From Octopus bimaculoides (taxonomy: Eukaryota), in the NCBI RefSeq assembly GCF_001194135.2, contig NC_068986.1, positions 7,501,286 to 7,565,285 on the forward strand: a DNA stretch of 64,000 nucleotides, given 5' to 3'. The position numbers were made by a program, and so were the translations under genes. This document shows positions 50,600-64,000 of this stretch, one piece after another; position 1 is the stretch's first letter; every line of letters starts with the position of its first letter. The notes beneath the pieces were generated by a model, which saw nothing but the letters and a program-made list of their open reading frames with translations, did not search any database and was not told where the DNA came from.

Positions 50600-51470
50600 G
50601 GGTTCCAGTATTCCATAATGAACAGGTAGCCTCGGTTATTGTAGACGGTTAATGAACAAGCAGACTCTTCATATTACTTGTGCAATTGTAACTCAGCTAA
50701 AGATTGTTCTGATTAAATCATCTTTGTGCATATGGGGAAATGCATATAAAGACCAAGAACGTCTTAAGATTTAAGGTATACATTGATACAGCTGAGTGGA
50801 CTGGAACACAACGCATCTCTCAATATGGAGGTCGAAACTACGATCCTACAAACTTGAGTGCAACACCCCAACCACTAGACCATCCGCTTTCACAGAGAGA
50901 ATAGGAACCACCAGAAAAATCATGATTGGCCATATAAAACTGATTTTTTCGTCCCTAGACATAATGTATGATATCCAGCGTCGGTCAATCTTAAAATATA
51001 TCTTTCATCACTTCACATTAGACTTGGCCCCATGGAAACTTTTATGAAGATATGGAGCATCAGGGTACGAATTCTTAATATTTAAAAGACAAATTCAATA
51101 GAATACCAACAAAATTAAAAGCTGGTCTTTTAACAAGGTCATAGATACTTCACCTCCACGAAAAATCTAAATAATATTGAGTTATAAGCATGCATGTCTT
51201 TTCGTTAAAGTTCTTAAATTTTTTCATGGGAAAAGTAAATCTGAAAAATTACTGCGAACTTGTGGACAACCAGATGAAATCTCTATGAAAAAATAAGGAT
51301 GTATGATGTAACTTCAAATGAATTCTAACATACAAGACTTGAGTCTTTCACTGTCAACATCTATCTGATAAAATACAAGATTACTAAACATTTCCGCCTG
51401 ATGTCCTCTTTTATGGAATTCAGACATCAAGGAAATTCTATTTAAAGTAACATGTCTGGCTATTGTTTGT
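50600..51470 (+). mobile_element. Chapaev-type transposase relic (C-terminal half), highly decayed
   Basis: LKDKFNRIPTKLKAGL, NYCELVDN, EFRHQGN, MSGYCLFL align by eye to the C-terminus of the 46.4-kb element. Confidence 0.6.
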
Positions 51471-53699
51471 TTTTGCAGAAGTCGAATTCTTTAAGATGTT
51501 CCAACGACTCAACAAAAGAAGAAGTGACGACAACAAAGTTTTATTTATGAAAAGATGATACGTTTTCACTGTTTGTGTATCTTGGTTAGGTCGATCTTTA
51601 AATGCAGGAGTTGTAACACATCCATTGAAACAACCTGTTCTAAGTTAAAAGAAGCGAGACAATCACGTTAATATTTAAACCTCACTAACACAAAACAGGA
51701 CATAAAAAATTAATATTTCCTGCCTACGCAATACAACTCAGAGACAGAAAAAGAAATATAAAAATAGAGTGGGATTTGACTAAACAAGTATAGACTTGAC
51801 AAAGCAATTTCTTTATCAAATCTGAATATTGTAACCTCTATTTTTGAAAGAAAAGGTGGTTCCTATGTCTGTAACAGAAAAACAAATGAATCTATTCATT
51901 TATTTACAAGAAAACAGTATTGCTGTTATTAAACCTGTCAAAACCATTGTCGACTTTGTATTAACATTTTCAAGGTTAGGAATATTATGAGGTCGATCCA
52001 CTTGTAAAATTGACTCGTAAAAGATATTGGTTTGGTGTGTGAACAATAGGAAATGATTTATGTATCATAGCTTATATCGTTAAATAACAACAGTATAACA
52101 CACTCTCTTCCCCTCTCTCTCTCATACACGCATACACGTATGAAATTAATATTACATTTATTCGTTAAACGGATATGATTTGATACGAACCATACCAGGT
52201 TCATTTTTTCAATTGTTACACTAGAAGTACGTCCTCTGATTCGTTCATTCAATAAATTAAAATTTTTCGAGATAAGGATCAAAACTACACACATTAGATG
52301 AATGGTTGTAGTTGATTATATCACCCTCTATACTTAACTGTTATTCCTGTTTATAGAAATAGTAAATGTCAACTCATTCCCGGTAGAATTTGATCTCACT
52401 AAATGTAAGGTATCATGACACATTGTGCTTGCGATTCAAAGAATTCAACTTTTGCATTGATTTTACCTGTGTTTTATAACCTATTACACAAATAATCCTT
52501 GTTCATCTATTTAACAGCTTAATTTTCACATTCTTGAAAGTTTCATAGATATGATTTTGGTAAAATATTCATAAAAAGAAAATATTCCAAATCCTGTTCT
52601 GTCATCTGCAATGCAGCTCCAAGCCAATTGCTGCAAAACATTTCCAAAGAAAAACTCGCAAGGGTATACCAGCCACCAGTAGGATTACTCTAGAAAAGAA
52701 TGCAATTTCTTTTGTCTTCCAGAATCTAAATGAAGTTAAGAAAAAGACAAAATGTTATATGTGAAAAGAAGCAGATATTATTAAAGATGTTTATTGTTAA
52801 ATCATTAGCTTATACTTTCCTTAGCACAAAGGAAAATGTGTTACTAACTCTATAAAATTAGAAACAAACCAGATTCTTAAATAATTTTTTTTTAATAAAT
52901 ATTTTTGGAAAGTAAAACATCAGAAGCAAACATCACCTCACGAAAATAGTTTTTCCTCGAGGTTTAAAATAATATTGTTAGTATCTCTCATTAATATTCG
53001 CAACATGACTCTCTGTAGAATGCAAAAGAGGACATTCGAAATGTTTGCTTAAAGCAACACTTTTATAATTTACAATCACTTCATCTATCATCTTATTAAT
53101 GCGAGCAAAGCATTTAAATATACTATAGAGAATAATTATAAATAACAAAACATACCAGTAAGTCTCTGTGCCATCGGCCACAGCAGTAAAAGGAAAAGTA
53201 AAGTAGCTTTAAATTATAAGTTTATATTGGTCATACATAATCATAAATAGGTCAGTTGTTTACTATTATTGTAAGAACGCCATCAAAATTAATGAGTTTC
53301 TTGAATAAAAACATTGATTTCTAGATTCTGATGATGCAGCTCATTTTAGTGAAGCGATAATTCTATAATTGGTAATTATTATTTACCTAAGGAATTTGAA
53401 TTCAAAATGTAAAAACATAACTAAATTGTGCAAGTATTTAAATCAGTATCCCACTATCTCTGGTATTAGAATGTCCTTTCGGTAATAATATTAAAAGAAG
53501 CGAGGCCAAAGTATTGCCGGAATCATTATAGCGTCAAACAAAATCCCTTTCGGAATTACATTTTGAGTTCCAATCCAATAAAGACCAACTCTACCTTTCG
53601 TTCTTTCGAAGCCGATTATAAAGAAGTTTCTAATTTATTTTCTGCAACAGAAATGAAATCTAGCAGCTTCTACAAAATCAATGATCCTGAATTCAGATT

Positions 53700-54290
53700 T
53701 GATAATCAAATTTCGTTATCACGTCCAGATTTTCTATTAAAAAAGACATGATTTTTCCCATTACTTTCCTCAGATTCGAACGACGGTGTCTTCTTTTAGG
53801 TTAGTCATAGTTAAATAACCCTGTAGTCTGGAGTCAAGCCTTACTGCGTTTGCAAATTATATCCCGAGTCAACTCTGTGTAAATTAGTAGATATAGGGAA
53901 TAATCTGCATCTGGATTGCATTCATTATTTTTCTTTGTTTCCATATCATTATTGAACCTTCAGAAGAATTGTCGTCTGTGATCGTTTCTGGTAGAACTGG
54001 CGGTGGGTTTTCTCCATCATAACGTACACGAGTCTAAGGCTGCTTGGCAGTTTCGTTAGTTCATCTCTGATATATTTTTGTAGTTAAAAACAACTATCTT
54101 TGTTATACCAAAGTAACATTCATCACAGCAATTAGTGAAATCACACCAAATAATGGGAACTGCGAATATTATAGTTTTACTGTGCAGTGAAGCTTTTAAC
54201 TTTGCATTGTCCACAGTGAACATGTCACCTATGTTACAAACAAAACTGTATTTGTCGGAAAGCTTCATGCTTGTCATTGTTTCTTTGATG
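53700..54290 (-). mobile_element. Chapaev-type transposase relic (N-terminal part)
   Basis: SDKYSFVCNIGDMFT, FAVPIIW..NCCDECYFGITKIVVFNYKN, PSSLRLVRYD. Confidence 0.65.
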
Positions 54291-54699
54291 TTACATAGCT
54301 TAGTATTTGTCTACAGCAATAGAAAAAGTAATCTGGTTGATTGACACAAGCGCGTGCATTTGAAGTCATTCTGAAATAGTCCAGAAGATCTGAGAACTTA
54401 ATTAGTAAATGTTACGTGACATGTCTGACTTGACACAATGCACTGATGCTCAAAATAGAATTTAATTTATAAAACCTTAATGTAATTCTCAAGCAGAATC
54501 AGCGTGACACATCGTGTGTGGTGGAGCTGCACCGTTTTAGATAAAATTTCCATCTACCAAATCTCATTCACAAATTTTGGGTCAATACAAGGTTTCAGAA
54601 AATGGTAATTGCTGAAGATTCAACGCAATGAAATCAAACTTAGGATTTCTTGGTTCTGATGCAAACTTCTTAAATATTCGACTATGCTGTACCCAGCCA

Positions 54700-54703
<4 letters not shown>

Positions 54704-54746
<43 letters not shown>

Positions 54747-54850
54747 GTTTGTCTGTCTGTCTGACTGTCTGTCTGTCTGTCTGTCTGTCCGTCCGTCCGA
54801 TCGTCCGTCCGTCTGTCTGTCTATCTGTCTTTCTGTCTGTCTGTATGTCT
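54704..54850. repeat. Compound (TATC)n/(TGTC)n/(CGTC)n tetranucleotide repeat
   Basis: Direct reading. Confidence 0.92.
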
Positions 54851-55199
54851 GTGTGTGCGCATGAGTGTGCGCGTGCATGTGTGGTCATACATACAACACA
54901 TACCTATATACATGCATAAGTATGTATTTGCTTGTACTGACTACGTTTCAGAATGAAATATGTTTGTACATTCATCTCTTTATACACAGCGAGTGAGGGA
55001 AAAATAAAAAGGAAGATTGACCTATTCTGAAATGGATAAAATCGAAGCGTTAGTGCTGTAAATCAGTCTGTGTAGTGATGTAGGTTTTCAGGCGTACAGA
55101 ATATATTAATACTTTGTCAACATTTACTTTAAATCCTTTATTTACTCGTTAATATATTAGTTATCTTAAAAGGACACGTTTAATTGTCAAAATATTGAC

Positions 55200-55345
55200 T
55201 TCTAACTCCGTGCGGAAAGCAACAGGCTTTGCAGATAGCTCTAATCGATTTAATCGATTACTTGTCCTGTAATTATTTTATCGGCCTCCAGAGGATGTAA
55301 AGTAAAATGGATCTCGAAAATAGTGGAAGTCAGAATTTAATGTGA
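55200..55345 (-). mobile_element. Very decayed SINE family B copy
   Basis: AATCGATT..TTATTTTATCGGCC..GAGGATGTAAAGTAAAATGGATCTCG resembles 42860-42945. Confidence 0.45.
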
Positions 55346-55789
55346 CCTGCCATTTCATGTGAAAATATTTCAAAGCATTTTACTATTAACGTACTACATT
55401 GGATTTAGTAGAAGGAGGTTTTCTAAACCAAACAAACTATACACTTTAAATCGATTATATCGATTTATCGAGATATTTATAGATGCTGTACTGTGGATTA
55501 ATAGCAGTAAGGCAAAAATAGACCGATCCGCGAAAAGTGCTGAGTGTGTAACGAGGAAGAGGAATCCGTTATGCACATAATAAATTCCTGTAGTCCTTTG
55601 GCGTTGAAAGAGTAGAGACGCAGACGTGATTGTGTGACTAAAGCATTATATTGAGACATATGGCGGTGAAGAGGATTTAAAGTAGAAAGAAAATGGTACC
55701 ATCATCAGTCAGAAAGTGTAATAGACAACGACCAGTATAATGTCTTATGAGATTTTAATACATTGACTGATCACGAACTGGAGGCAGGT

Positions 55790-55796
55790 CAATTCT

Positions 55797-55836
<40 letters not shown>

Positions 55837-55880
55837 GAAGAAGAAGAAGAAGAAGAAGAAGAATATGAAGAAGAAGAATG
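55790..55880. repeat. (TAA)n(GAA)n microsatellite
   Basis: Direct reading. Confidence 0.95.
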
Positions 55881-56014
55881 CACCATCATAAATGTGTCTA
55901 TGTTCACGGACATGAAAGTAATAGTAAAAAAACAAGAGGAAATTCGAAAATGCCAGGAAATGGGAAGCCCCCTACGCATTCAAGACTCCAGTTGTTACAA
56001 AAAAATTTGAGATA

Positions 56015-56077
<63 letters not shown>

Positions 56078-56559
56078 TCCCTATGAAATTCACCGGTCAA
56101 TTTCATAGGGATGTTGATAAGACGGACAGAGTAGAAAAGAAGGCTGTGGATGACTAAAAGTGATTTAAAACCAGAAAAGTTCTTAGGTTAAACGAGAACC
56201 TAGATTGCCGTGTTACAAAATAAACCTTCTAGGTAGTTCAATTATTTGGTGAAAAAAAAAAATACCACCAAAGCAACTTAAAGGCGTCTGCGTCTGCTAG
56301 CTTATACCATACCACATGCATTCCCTTATTAGTATATCTTCTCTTTCTCCTTCTTCTTCTTCGTCTTCTTCCTCTCCGTCACCTCCTTCCTTCCTTTACT
56401 ACTACTGCTGTTTAGAATAACACCTACGCAAATATTATAAACAATACATTCAAAAGAGATGTCTCAAGAATTCAAGCACTACTACCATTCACAACAAGTC
56501 ACTTTCAGGCACTTGATCATTTAACATCCTACTACTCTCTTGGCACTCCTGCCTATATA

Positions 56560-56700
56560 TAGGCGCAGGCGTGGCTATGTGGTTCCGGGTCCAGTCCCTA
56601 TGTGGGACCTTGGGCAAATGTCTTCTACTATAGCTACGGGCAGACCAAAGTCTTGTGAATGGATCTAGTAGACGGAAGCTGAAAGAAGCCCGTCGTATAT
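56560..56700 (+). mobile_element. SINE family C 5' part (tRNA-derived head)
   Basis: GGCGCAGGCGTGGCTATGTGGTTCCGGG..CCTTGGGCAAATGTCTTCTACTATAGC..GTAGACGGAAGCTGAAAGAAGCCCGTCG. Confidence 0.8.
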
Positions 56701-56817
56701 ATGTTTCCCTAAAACTATATATTTATATATATTTTAATCTGTAAAGCTCAATTTAATTTAATTTTTTTATAAATTGATTTTAATTGAGCTTTTACTTGTA
56801 ATTTTGGATTTTGTCCC

Positions 56818-56852
<35 letters not shown>

Positions 56853-57354
56853 NNNNNNNNNNNNNNNNNNNNNNNNNNNNNNNNNNNNNNNNNNNNNNNN
56901 NNNNNNNNNNNNNNNNNNNNNNNNNNNNNNNNNNNNNNNNNNNNNNNNNNNNNNNNNNNNNNNNNNNNNNNNNNNNNNNNNNNNNNNNNNNNNNNNNNNN
57001 NNNNNNNNNNNNNNNNNNNNNNNNNNNNNNNNNNNNNNNNNNNNNNNNNNNNNNNNNNNNNNNNNNNNNNNNNNNNNNNNNNNNNNNNNNNNNNNNNNNN
57101 NNNNNNNNNNNNNNNNNNNNNNNNNNNNNNNNNNNNNNNNNNNNNNNNNNNNNNNNNNNNNNNNNNNNNNNNNNNNNNNNNNNNNNNNNNNNNNNNNNNN
57201 NNNNNNNNNNNNNNNNNNNNNNNNNNNNNNNNNNNNNNNNNNNNNNNNNNNNNNNNNNNNNNNNNNNNNNNNNNNNNNNNNNNNNNNNNNNNNNNNNNNN
57301 NNNNNNNNNNNNNNNNNNNNNNNNNNNNNNNNNNNNNNNNNNNNNNNNNNNNNN

Positions 57355-57401
<47 letters not shown>

Positions 57402-57549
57402 TATCAGTAATTTAAGCAGAACATTGTGAGTTGGTTTTTTCCAAGGTCACCTCCATCTTGATCACTGTGGTAATAAGCACGTTTGACTTCTGTTGTAGGG
57501 AGTGCCTAGTCCTTTTTTTTTTATCGCACAGGAATTTGAAGCCCCATTA

Positions 57550-58335
57550 TTGATTTCCTTGTCACCATCTGCTGAACCATTCTACAGAGACATAGGAAGG
57601 AGAAAATAAACATTGAAAATCCCCTCCCCTCCTATGGACGCAGCTGAGAACTTTTGGAAAACATATTTAGCGTAATGAAAAGATATACAATGAAAATGCG
57701 GACTGGATAAGACGCACAGAAGGATCCTACCAAAATTTACCAGAACAAGCATGGGAAGACATCACAATAGCAAACTTAAGGATGACACTCACGAAAGCTC
57801 GTAAGTGGAAATCCCCTGATAAAGATAGGGTGCCAAATTTCTGGCTCGCATCTCTCCCTTGCGCACTCGTAGAGTTAGTTCAGCTATTCAATGAGATTAC
57901 GAGAGATCTTAAGGAAACACCTGATTGGTTAGAATGTGGTATGACTTACCTACTTCCAAAGAATAATGAAACCAAATTTCCCCACAACCATCGGCTCATA
58001 ATATGTCTATATACCACGTATAAAATTGTAACATTCATCCTCGTGGAGAAAACACGCATTTATGGAATAGAACGGTATTTTCCCTCTGAGCAAAAAGGAT
58101 GCCGACAAGGCTCATATGGATGCAAAGACCAACTCTTAATCAATCGTATAACCCTTAAGAAGTATCATGACAAACGCAGAAGTCTCAGTTCCGCATCGAT
58201 TGATGAAAAGAAGGCTTTTGACAACATACTGCATTCATGGATCTTGAAATCACTGGATGTCTTGAAAAGGTTTCCTGTGATTTCAAACTTCCTGACCCTA
58301 AAACCGTTCATGAAATTCTTGTCCAAAACCCGATA
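57550..58335 (+). mobile_element. R4/Dong-like RT N-terminal fragment
   Basis: KWKSPDKDRVPNFWL..TYLLPKN..HRLIICL..EQKGCRQGSYGCKDQLLIN..IDEKKAFDNILHSWI. Confidence 0.9.
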
Positions 58336-59389
58336 GAAATATGTTATGTAGTAATTATTGCGTTACAAAACAAGAAACAAAAAACAATGATGAAATGGAA
58401 ATTAATGTAATTTTTATTGTTTAAATCGCTTCAGCACACGATAAATTCATTGGAAAATTCTAAAAGCCGAATGAATATTAACTTTAAAACTATTCAGGCT
58501 TTGTTCTAAATACTGTATCTCATAATTTTATATCCTAATTAGTATACTTTTTCATTCTATATTTTATTCAGTTCTTTCCATATTCAATAATTTCATCAAC
58601 AATGCCATATGATTATATTTCTTAACATTTATATTCAACCGAATATAAATTATATGAATAGTTTTATCAGTAACATTGTCTATTTAGATTTAACCTTTTC
58701 TATTTAGAGAAAATAGGATTAATATTTTGAAATCTCTTTATGGACGCTAAAAATTATAAAGCTTCTCATCAATTCTTCCCAGTTATTAGAACAACTCATT
58801 ACACTATTGTTACAAATTCTAAACGAACGAAAAATAATGTAGTCAGTATATGTTCTACAGCATATTGTGTATTTCGAGTGAATTCTTATAGCGATTTCTG
58901 TTTCAAGAAACATGTAATCATCAGCCGGATTGTTGGGCAAAAGATCGGTGGATGAAACTCAAGTGAGGATATATATTTATAGAGGAGTAAATGTAAGGAC
59001 AAGCAAGATAGGCAAGTCAGTATGCAAAAAGTATTAAATGCGTTTAATAAAAACAAAAATGTACAGAAGTTTACATATGAAAAGGTCCGACGAGGTGCAT
59101 GTATGTTCTTTTCTGTTTTTAATCTTTCAAATTGTTCCTTTGAACAAGAAGCTGGTTTCCATTGTTGGAATGTCGACAACGAAAACAATGTCACATTTTA
59201 AACCTGAAAAAAAAATATCTATAGTTTTACTGTTCCACTTACATATTATATTTGTAATGTACGAGTTAATAGGTTGATTTCTTTCTCTGAAGATCCAAGC
59301 TTATCTAAACTGACAGTTAGGCATTTACTTATAAAGCCAAGTGCTCCAATTATTACTGCTATCAATGTAAATTTGTATTTTTTCAAAGC

Positions 59390-59590
59390 TATAATGGAAG
59401 TGACAAAGGAGCATATTCGACACATTTCGCTTTATGAGTTCAATAAAGGCAACAACACAACGGAGAGTAGGAGGATTATCAATTCAGTATATGAGGATCG
59501 GACAATAAGCGTAAGTCAGTGTCAACGGTGGTGGTTCCAGAAATTTCGAGCCGGAAACTACAGCCGAAAAGACGAGCCTTGTCCTTGAAG
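59390..59590 (+). mobile_element. Mariner transposase N-terminal (HTH) fragment
   Basis: KEHIRHISLYEFNKGNNTTES..INSVYEDRTISVSQCQRW.FQKFRAGNYS.KDEP. Confidence 0.85.
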
Positions 59591-60230
59591 ATCTGTAGAG
59601 CTCCTTCATTGCAGTATCACCATCAACGGGGTATTTTTGTATGTATACATGCATGTATGTATATGAGGATATATCTGTAAATATACATATAATATACATA
59701 TATACATAGACATATGTATATATGATGTTATATATTCATATTTTATGCAAACACACATATATACATGCATGAGTGTGTATGTGTATCTATGTGTGTGTGT
59801 ATATGTGTGTATGTGTGTGTGTGTGTATGTGTATGTGTGTGATTAGGTAGATTTATATGAATGTGCCGGAACACTTTCGTTCGTATCAGTTCAAATTCTA
59901 AACCCTTTCGAATTATCGATTAACTTTCAAGAACTACACGGTAACACCAGCTTCGAGACACTTAATGGATAAATTACAAATTGCTTTATCCACGGATTAC
60001 CTAGCACTAACATGTATGCTAGCTTGAAGACGAGCCACATGTAGATTCATATTTCTCAATCAACAATGAAAAGCCGCCGGCAATATCTATAAATGATGTA
60101 ATCTGGTCTTGATGTTTTCCAAGACATTAATCGCATCTAATATGTAGAACTTACTATTAACTTTACTTTTACAAAGCAAATTAGAAACGTTTTTTAATTG
60201 CTATATAAATAAAACATTGTAAAGTGAGAT

Positions 60231-60343
<113 letters not shown>

Positions 60344-60559
60344 AATTGGTAGTGACCTAGTAAATCAGATAGGATCGGAAGCATTACCGATATCACATGA
60401 CATTCATTGTAAGAGCATAAATTGTATGTGAATATATATGAAGCTACAAACAAGCAACATATAATTACGCACATACATACATAATACATACATGCATACA
60501 TACTTACATGCATACATACATACATACATACATATATATATTTATGTGGAGAATGATAT

Positions 60560-60665
60560 GAAATTGATAAAATAGTAACAGAAGAAGAAGAAGAAGGAGG
60601 AGGAGGAGGAGGAGGAGAAGAAGAAGAAGAAGAAGAAGAAGAAGAAGGAGGAGGAGGAGAAGAAG

Positions 60666-60697
<32 letters not shown>

Positions 60698-61258
60698 GAA
60701 GAAGAAGAAGAAGAAGGAGAAGGAGAAGAAGAAGGAGAAGAAGAAGAAGAAGAAGAAGGAGAAGGAGAAGAAGAAGGAGAAGAAGGAGAAGAAGGAGAAG
60801 AAGAAGAAGAAGAAGAAGAAAACGACGACAACGACGAAAATAAAATTNNNNNNNNNNNNNNNNNNNNNNNNNNNNNNNNNNNNNNNNNNNNNNNNNNNNN
60901 NNNNNNNNNNNNNNNNNNNNNNNNNNNNNNNNNNNNNNNNNNNNNNNNNNNNNNNNNNNNNNNNNNNGAGGAGAAGAAGAAGAAGAAGAAGAAGAAGAAG
61001 GAGAAGGAGAAGAAGAAGGAGAAGAAGAAGAAGAAGAAGAAGGAGAAGGAGAAGAAGAAGGAGAAGAAGGAGAAGGAGAAGAAGAAGAAGAAGAAGGAGG
61101 AGGAGGAGGAGGAGGAGCAGAAGAAGAAGAAGAATAGGAAGAAGAAGAAGAAGGAGGAGGAGGAGGAGAAGAAGAAGAAGAAGAAGAAGAAGGAGAAGAA
61201 GGAGAAGAAGAAGAAGAAGAAGAAGAAGAAGAAGAAGAAGAAGAAGAAGAAGAAGAAA
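60560..61258. repeat. Long polypurine (GAA/GGA)n tract interrupted by an N gap
   Basis: Direct reading. Confidence 0.95.
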
Positions 61259-61332
61259 ACGACGACAACGACGAAAATAAAATTTGCAAAAGTAGCAGAA
61301 CTTTGAAAGCTTTGAATTGTATTGGTTGTATT

Positions 61333-61588
61333 GGAGAAGGCTGGTGGTTTGGTGGTTAGGTCGTTCGGTTCGCCATCGTGTGTTCGATTCCTGGCCGTGC
61401 ATTGTGTCCTTGAGCAAGGCATTTAATTCGCGTTGGTCCAGTCCACTCAGCTGGAAAAAAGTGAGTTGTACCACATTCCGTATCACGAGGAATATCCCTG
61501 AGAACCTCGTTAAGGGTACACATGTCTGTGGAGTGCTCAGCCACTTGCATGTTATTTTCATGAACGGGCTGTTCTGTTGAATTAAGAC
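61333..61588 (+). mobile_element. tRNA-derived SINE (CORE-like centre) with long (AAT/GAT)n tail to ~61744
   Basis: TTTGGTGGTTAGG..GTTCGATTCC (B box)..TGTGTCCTTGAGCAAGGCATTTAA..CCACTCAGCTGG. Confidence 0.8.
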
Positions 61589-61664
61589 AATAATAATAAT
61601 AATAATAATAATAATGATAATAATAATAATGATAATAATGATAATAATAATAATAATAATAATG

Positions 61665-61710
<46 letters not shown>

Positions 61711-62476
61711 TAATAATAATAATAATAATAATGATAATAATAATNNNNNNNNNNNNNNNNNNNNNNNNNNNNNNNNNNNNNNNNNNNNNNNNNNNNNNNN
61801 NNNNNNNNNNNNNNNNNNNNNNNNNNNNNNNNNNNNNNNNNNNNNNNNNNNNNNNNNNNNNNNNNNNNNNNNNNNNNNNNNNNNNNNNNNNNNNNNNNNN
61901 NNNNNNNNNNNNNNNNNNNNNNNNNNNNNNNNNNNNNNNNNNNNNNNNNNNNNNNNNNNNNNNNNNNNNNNNNNNNNNNNNNNNNNNNNNNNNNNNNNNN
62001 NNNNNNNNNNNNNNNNNNNNNNNNNNNNNNNNNNNNNNNNNNNNNNNNNNNNNNNNNNNNNNNNNNNNNNNNNNNNNNNNNNNNNNNNNNNNNNNNNNNN
62101 NNNNNNNNNNNNNNNNNNNNNNNNNNNNNNNNNNNNNNNNNNNNNNNNNNNNNNNNNNNNNNNNNNNNNNNNNNNNNNNNNNNNNNNNNNNNNNNNNNNN
62201 NNNNNNNNNNNNNNNNNNNNNNNNNNNNNNNNNNNNNNNNNNNNNNNNNNNNNNNNNNNNNNNNNNNNNNNNNNNNNNNNNNNNNNNNNNNNNNNNNNNN
62301 NNNNNNNNNNNNNNNNNNNNNNNNNNNNNNNNNNNNNNNNNNNNNNNNNNNNNNNNNNNNNNNNNNNNNNNNNNNNNNNNNNNNNNNNNNNNNNNNNNNN
62401 NNNNNNNNNNNNNNNNNNNNNNNNNNNNNNNNNNNNNNNNNNNNNNNNNNNNNNNNNNNNNNNNNNNNNNNNNNNN

Positions 62477-62529
<53 letters not shown>

Positions 62530-63719
62530 ACATGTACGTTGTAAGGAAAAATATGTGTTATATATATTGATTTGTTTTGGCAAAAGGATGATGTTTGATT
62601 GAAGGCGTCCTCTACTGTAAACAATACACATTGATTAAAAATAGCGAGAATGTTGCATTCTTTTTTGCATTTTTTTACCTGATATTTCTTTAAAAAGTTG
62701 ATGGAATTTTCCTGCGTTTTTATATGTTTCATGTGCCAACGTAAACAATATAATTATTCAGTTTAATGCACCTATTCACGAAGAAACAAGATTAAATTGA
62801 ACTGAATATAAATAAGAATAGTAACATAATTCTAAATAATCCATTCAGAAGTAAATAAACAAGGAAATATATACTTAAGTTTTTTTAAAAGTTTGCCAAG
62901 TCCATACATCTTTATAGCAAAATGACGACGAAAGAAATAAGTTAGAAGGGAAAAAGGTAGAAATGGAATAAATATTTTTGTACACTCTTCAAAGAAAATA
63001 AATAGCCTTAATTATATAGTAAATATGACAATGTTATTAAATTAATATATTTGTATAAGAGATTGAAATAGTGACAATAACAAGTATTAATATTTGTGCA
63101 TTAACAAAAATATGTCTTAAATTTCTAGTGTTTTCAAGAGAGATAAAGAATTTACCAGACAGAAATATAGACATTTCTTAGAATTTAGAAATTATATTAT
63201 GTTCATGCCTATATACATACGTGCGTGTGTGTGTGTGTGTATAAAACATATATGCATACGGTTACATACGGGTTCAGTGCATCTTCACTGTAGCATATAT
63301 ATTTTTCGCTCTTTTATTTGTTTATTTAATGAATTCTTGTTTGTATCTACATACTGCCAGGTTACAAAACATGTAGTTGTTCAGCAATGAAATAACCTAT
63401 TAGTTGCACGTCACATATCGGTATCAATGATAAATTGATAAATTTCTAAGAAAATATACATTGTTAGTTCTTTTTTTGTGAGATTTTGCTTTAGCTTGTA
63501 TTATAAATCAATTTCTAAATTTGAAACTCATACACATGGCGTCTAGTTAAAATGCACACATACGCGCTAATACTCATGTGTGTGTGCGCGCACACACACA
63601 CATGAATGTATGCTTTTATGTCAAGTTATGTATAACAGGCAATAATTTAACGTCAAACTGGAGGTTTACTAAATACATTTTAGTTGATTCCATATTAATT
63701 TTTACCACGAAAAGTAACT

Positions 63720-63980
63720 TTCCCACTGTTAGAATCTTTTTCCAGATTGTAGAAGACAAAGAAGAGTGAATTTTCTCCTCTTGTACAGAAAATCAAGTTG
63801 ATTGTGCGACAAAGACATGAAAAGCTCATTGAAATTTCGAAAAGACCTTTTCCAGCATAGACTTAAAGGTCATTTATTAGGATTCTTGCAAATGTTTTGC
63901 CAGGAATGGAAGGTAATGATATCTCAGGATAATTCCAGCGAGAGTTCCCATCTTCTTTGTTGGAGAAGATGACAATAAGC
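63720..63980 (-). mobile_element. RTE-clade LINE RT relic
   Basis: Minus strand LIVIFSNKEDGNSRWNYPEISLPSIPGKTFARILINDL matches the RTE motif IVTIFKKGD..CGNYRGISLLSIPGKILARILLNRL. Confidence 0.7.
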
Positions 63981-64000
63981 GTATTTTAAAATTCATTTTG

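Noticed and set aside
52570-52720. Minus-strand candidate exon (TTCTTTTCTAG acceptor; VILLVAGIPL resembling SLC6 transporters)
   Set aside because: The similarity is only a few residues, the frame hits a stop and there is no suitable donor or partner exon.
56742-56792. AAAGCTCAATT...AATTGAGCTTT hairpin
   Set aside because: Short and extremely AT-rich, next to a (TA)n gap; weak evidence of anything beyond local slippage.
60820-61285. AACGACGACAACGACGAAAATAAAATT repeated on both sides of an N gap within the GAA tract
   Set aside because: Most likely the same sequence assembled twice across a gap; cannot be called a real duplication without long reads.

Overview
Eukaryotic, AT-rich, microsatellite-dense genomic DNA with many N gaps that mostly sit at simple repeats. 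The repeat families and composition look like a coleoid cephalopod (Octopus-like); this is inference from recognition, not verified. I find no intact host protein-coding gene, real tRNA/rRNA gene or CRISPR array. The window is intergenic or intronic and made largely of transposon relics: about nine fragments of R4/Dong-like retrotransposons with a restriction-like endonuclease (RLE), many joined to (AAT)n arrays; one CRE-like RLE relic; RTE and CR1 LINE fragments; two Penelope-like elements (PLEs); several tRNA-derived SINE families; mariner/Tc1 relics; four Chapaev-type DNA transposons, one full length with TIRs and a 3-bp TSD; and several long inverted repeats. The most interesting feature is a TSD-flanked Penelope insertion at 25706-26894. 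Its inverted terminal repeats each combine a tRNA-derived Pol III head, an (AAT)n spacer and a minimal hammerhead-ribozyme motif, intact in the left copy and broken in the right. Also notable are an R4-like element with twin-priming-type inversion geometry (20585-22745) and strand-polarised stacking of RLE elements and SINEs in (AAT)n microsatellites. All translations and alignments were done by eye, so boundaries of degenerate relics are approximate.
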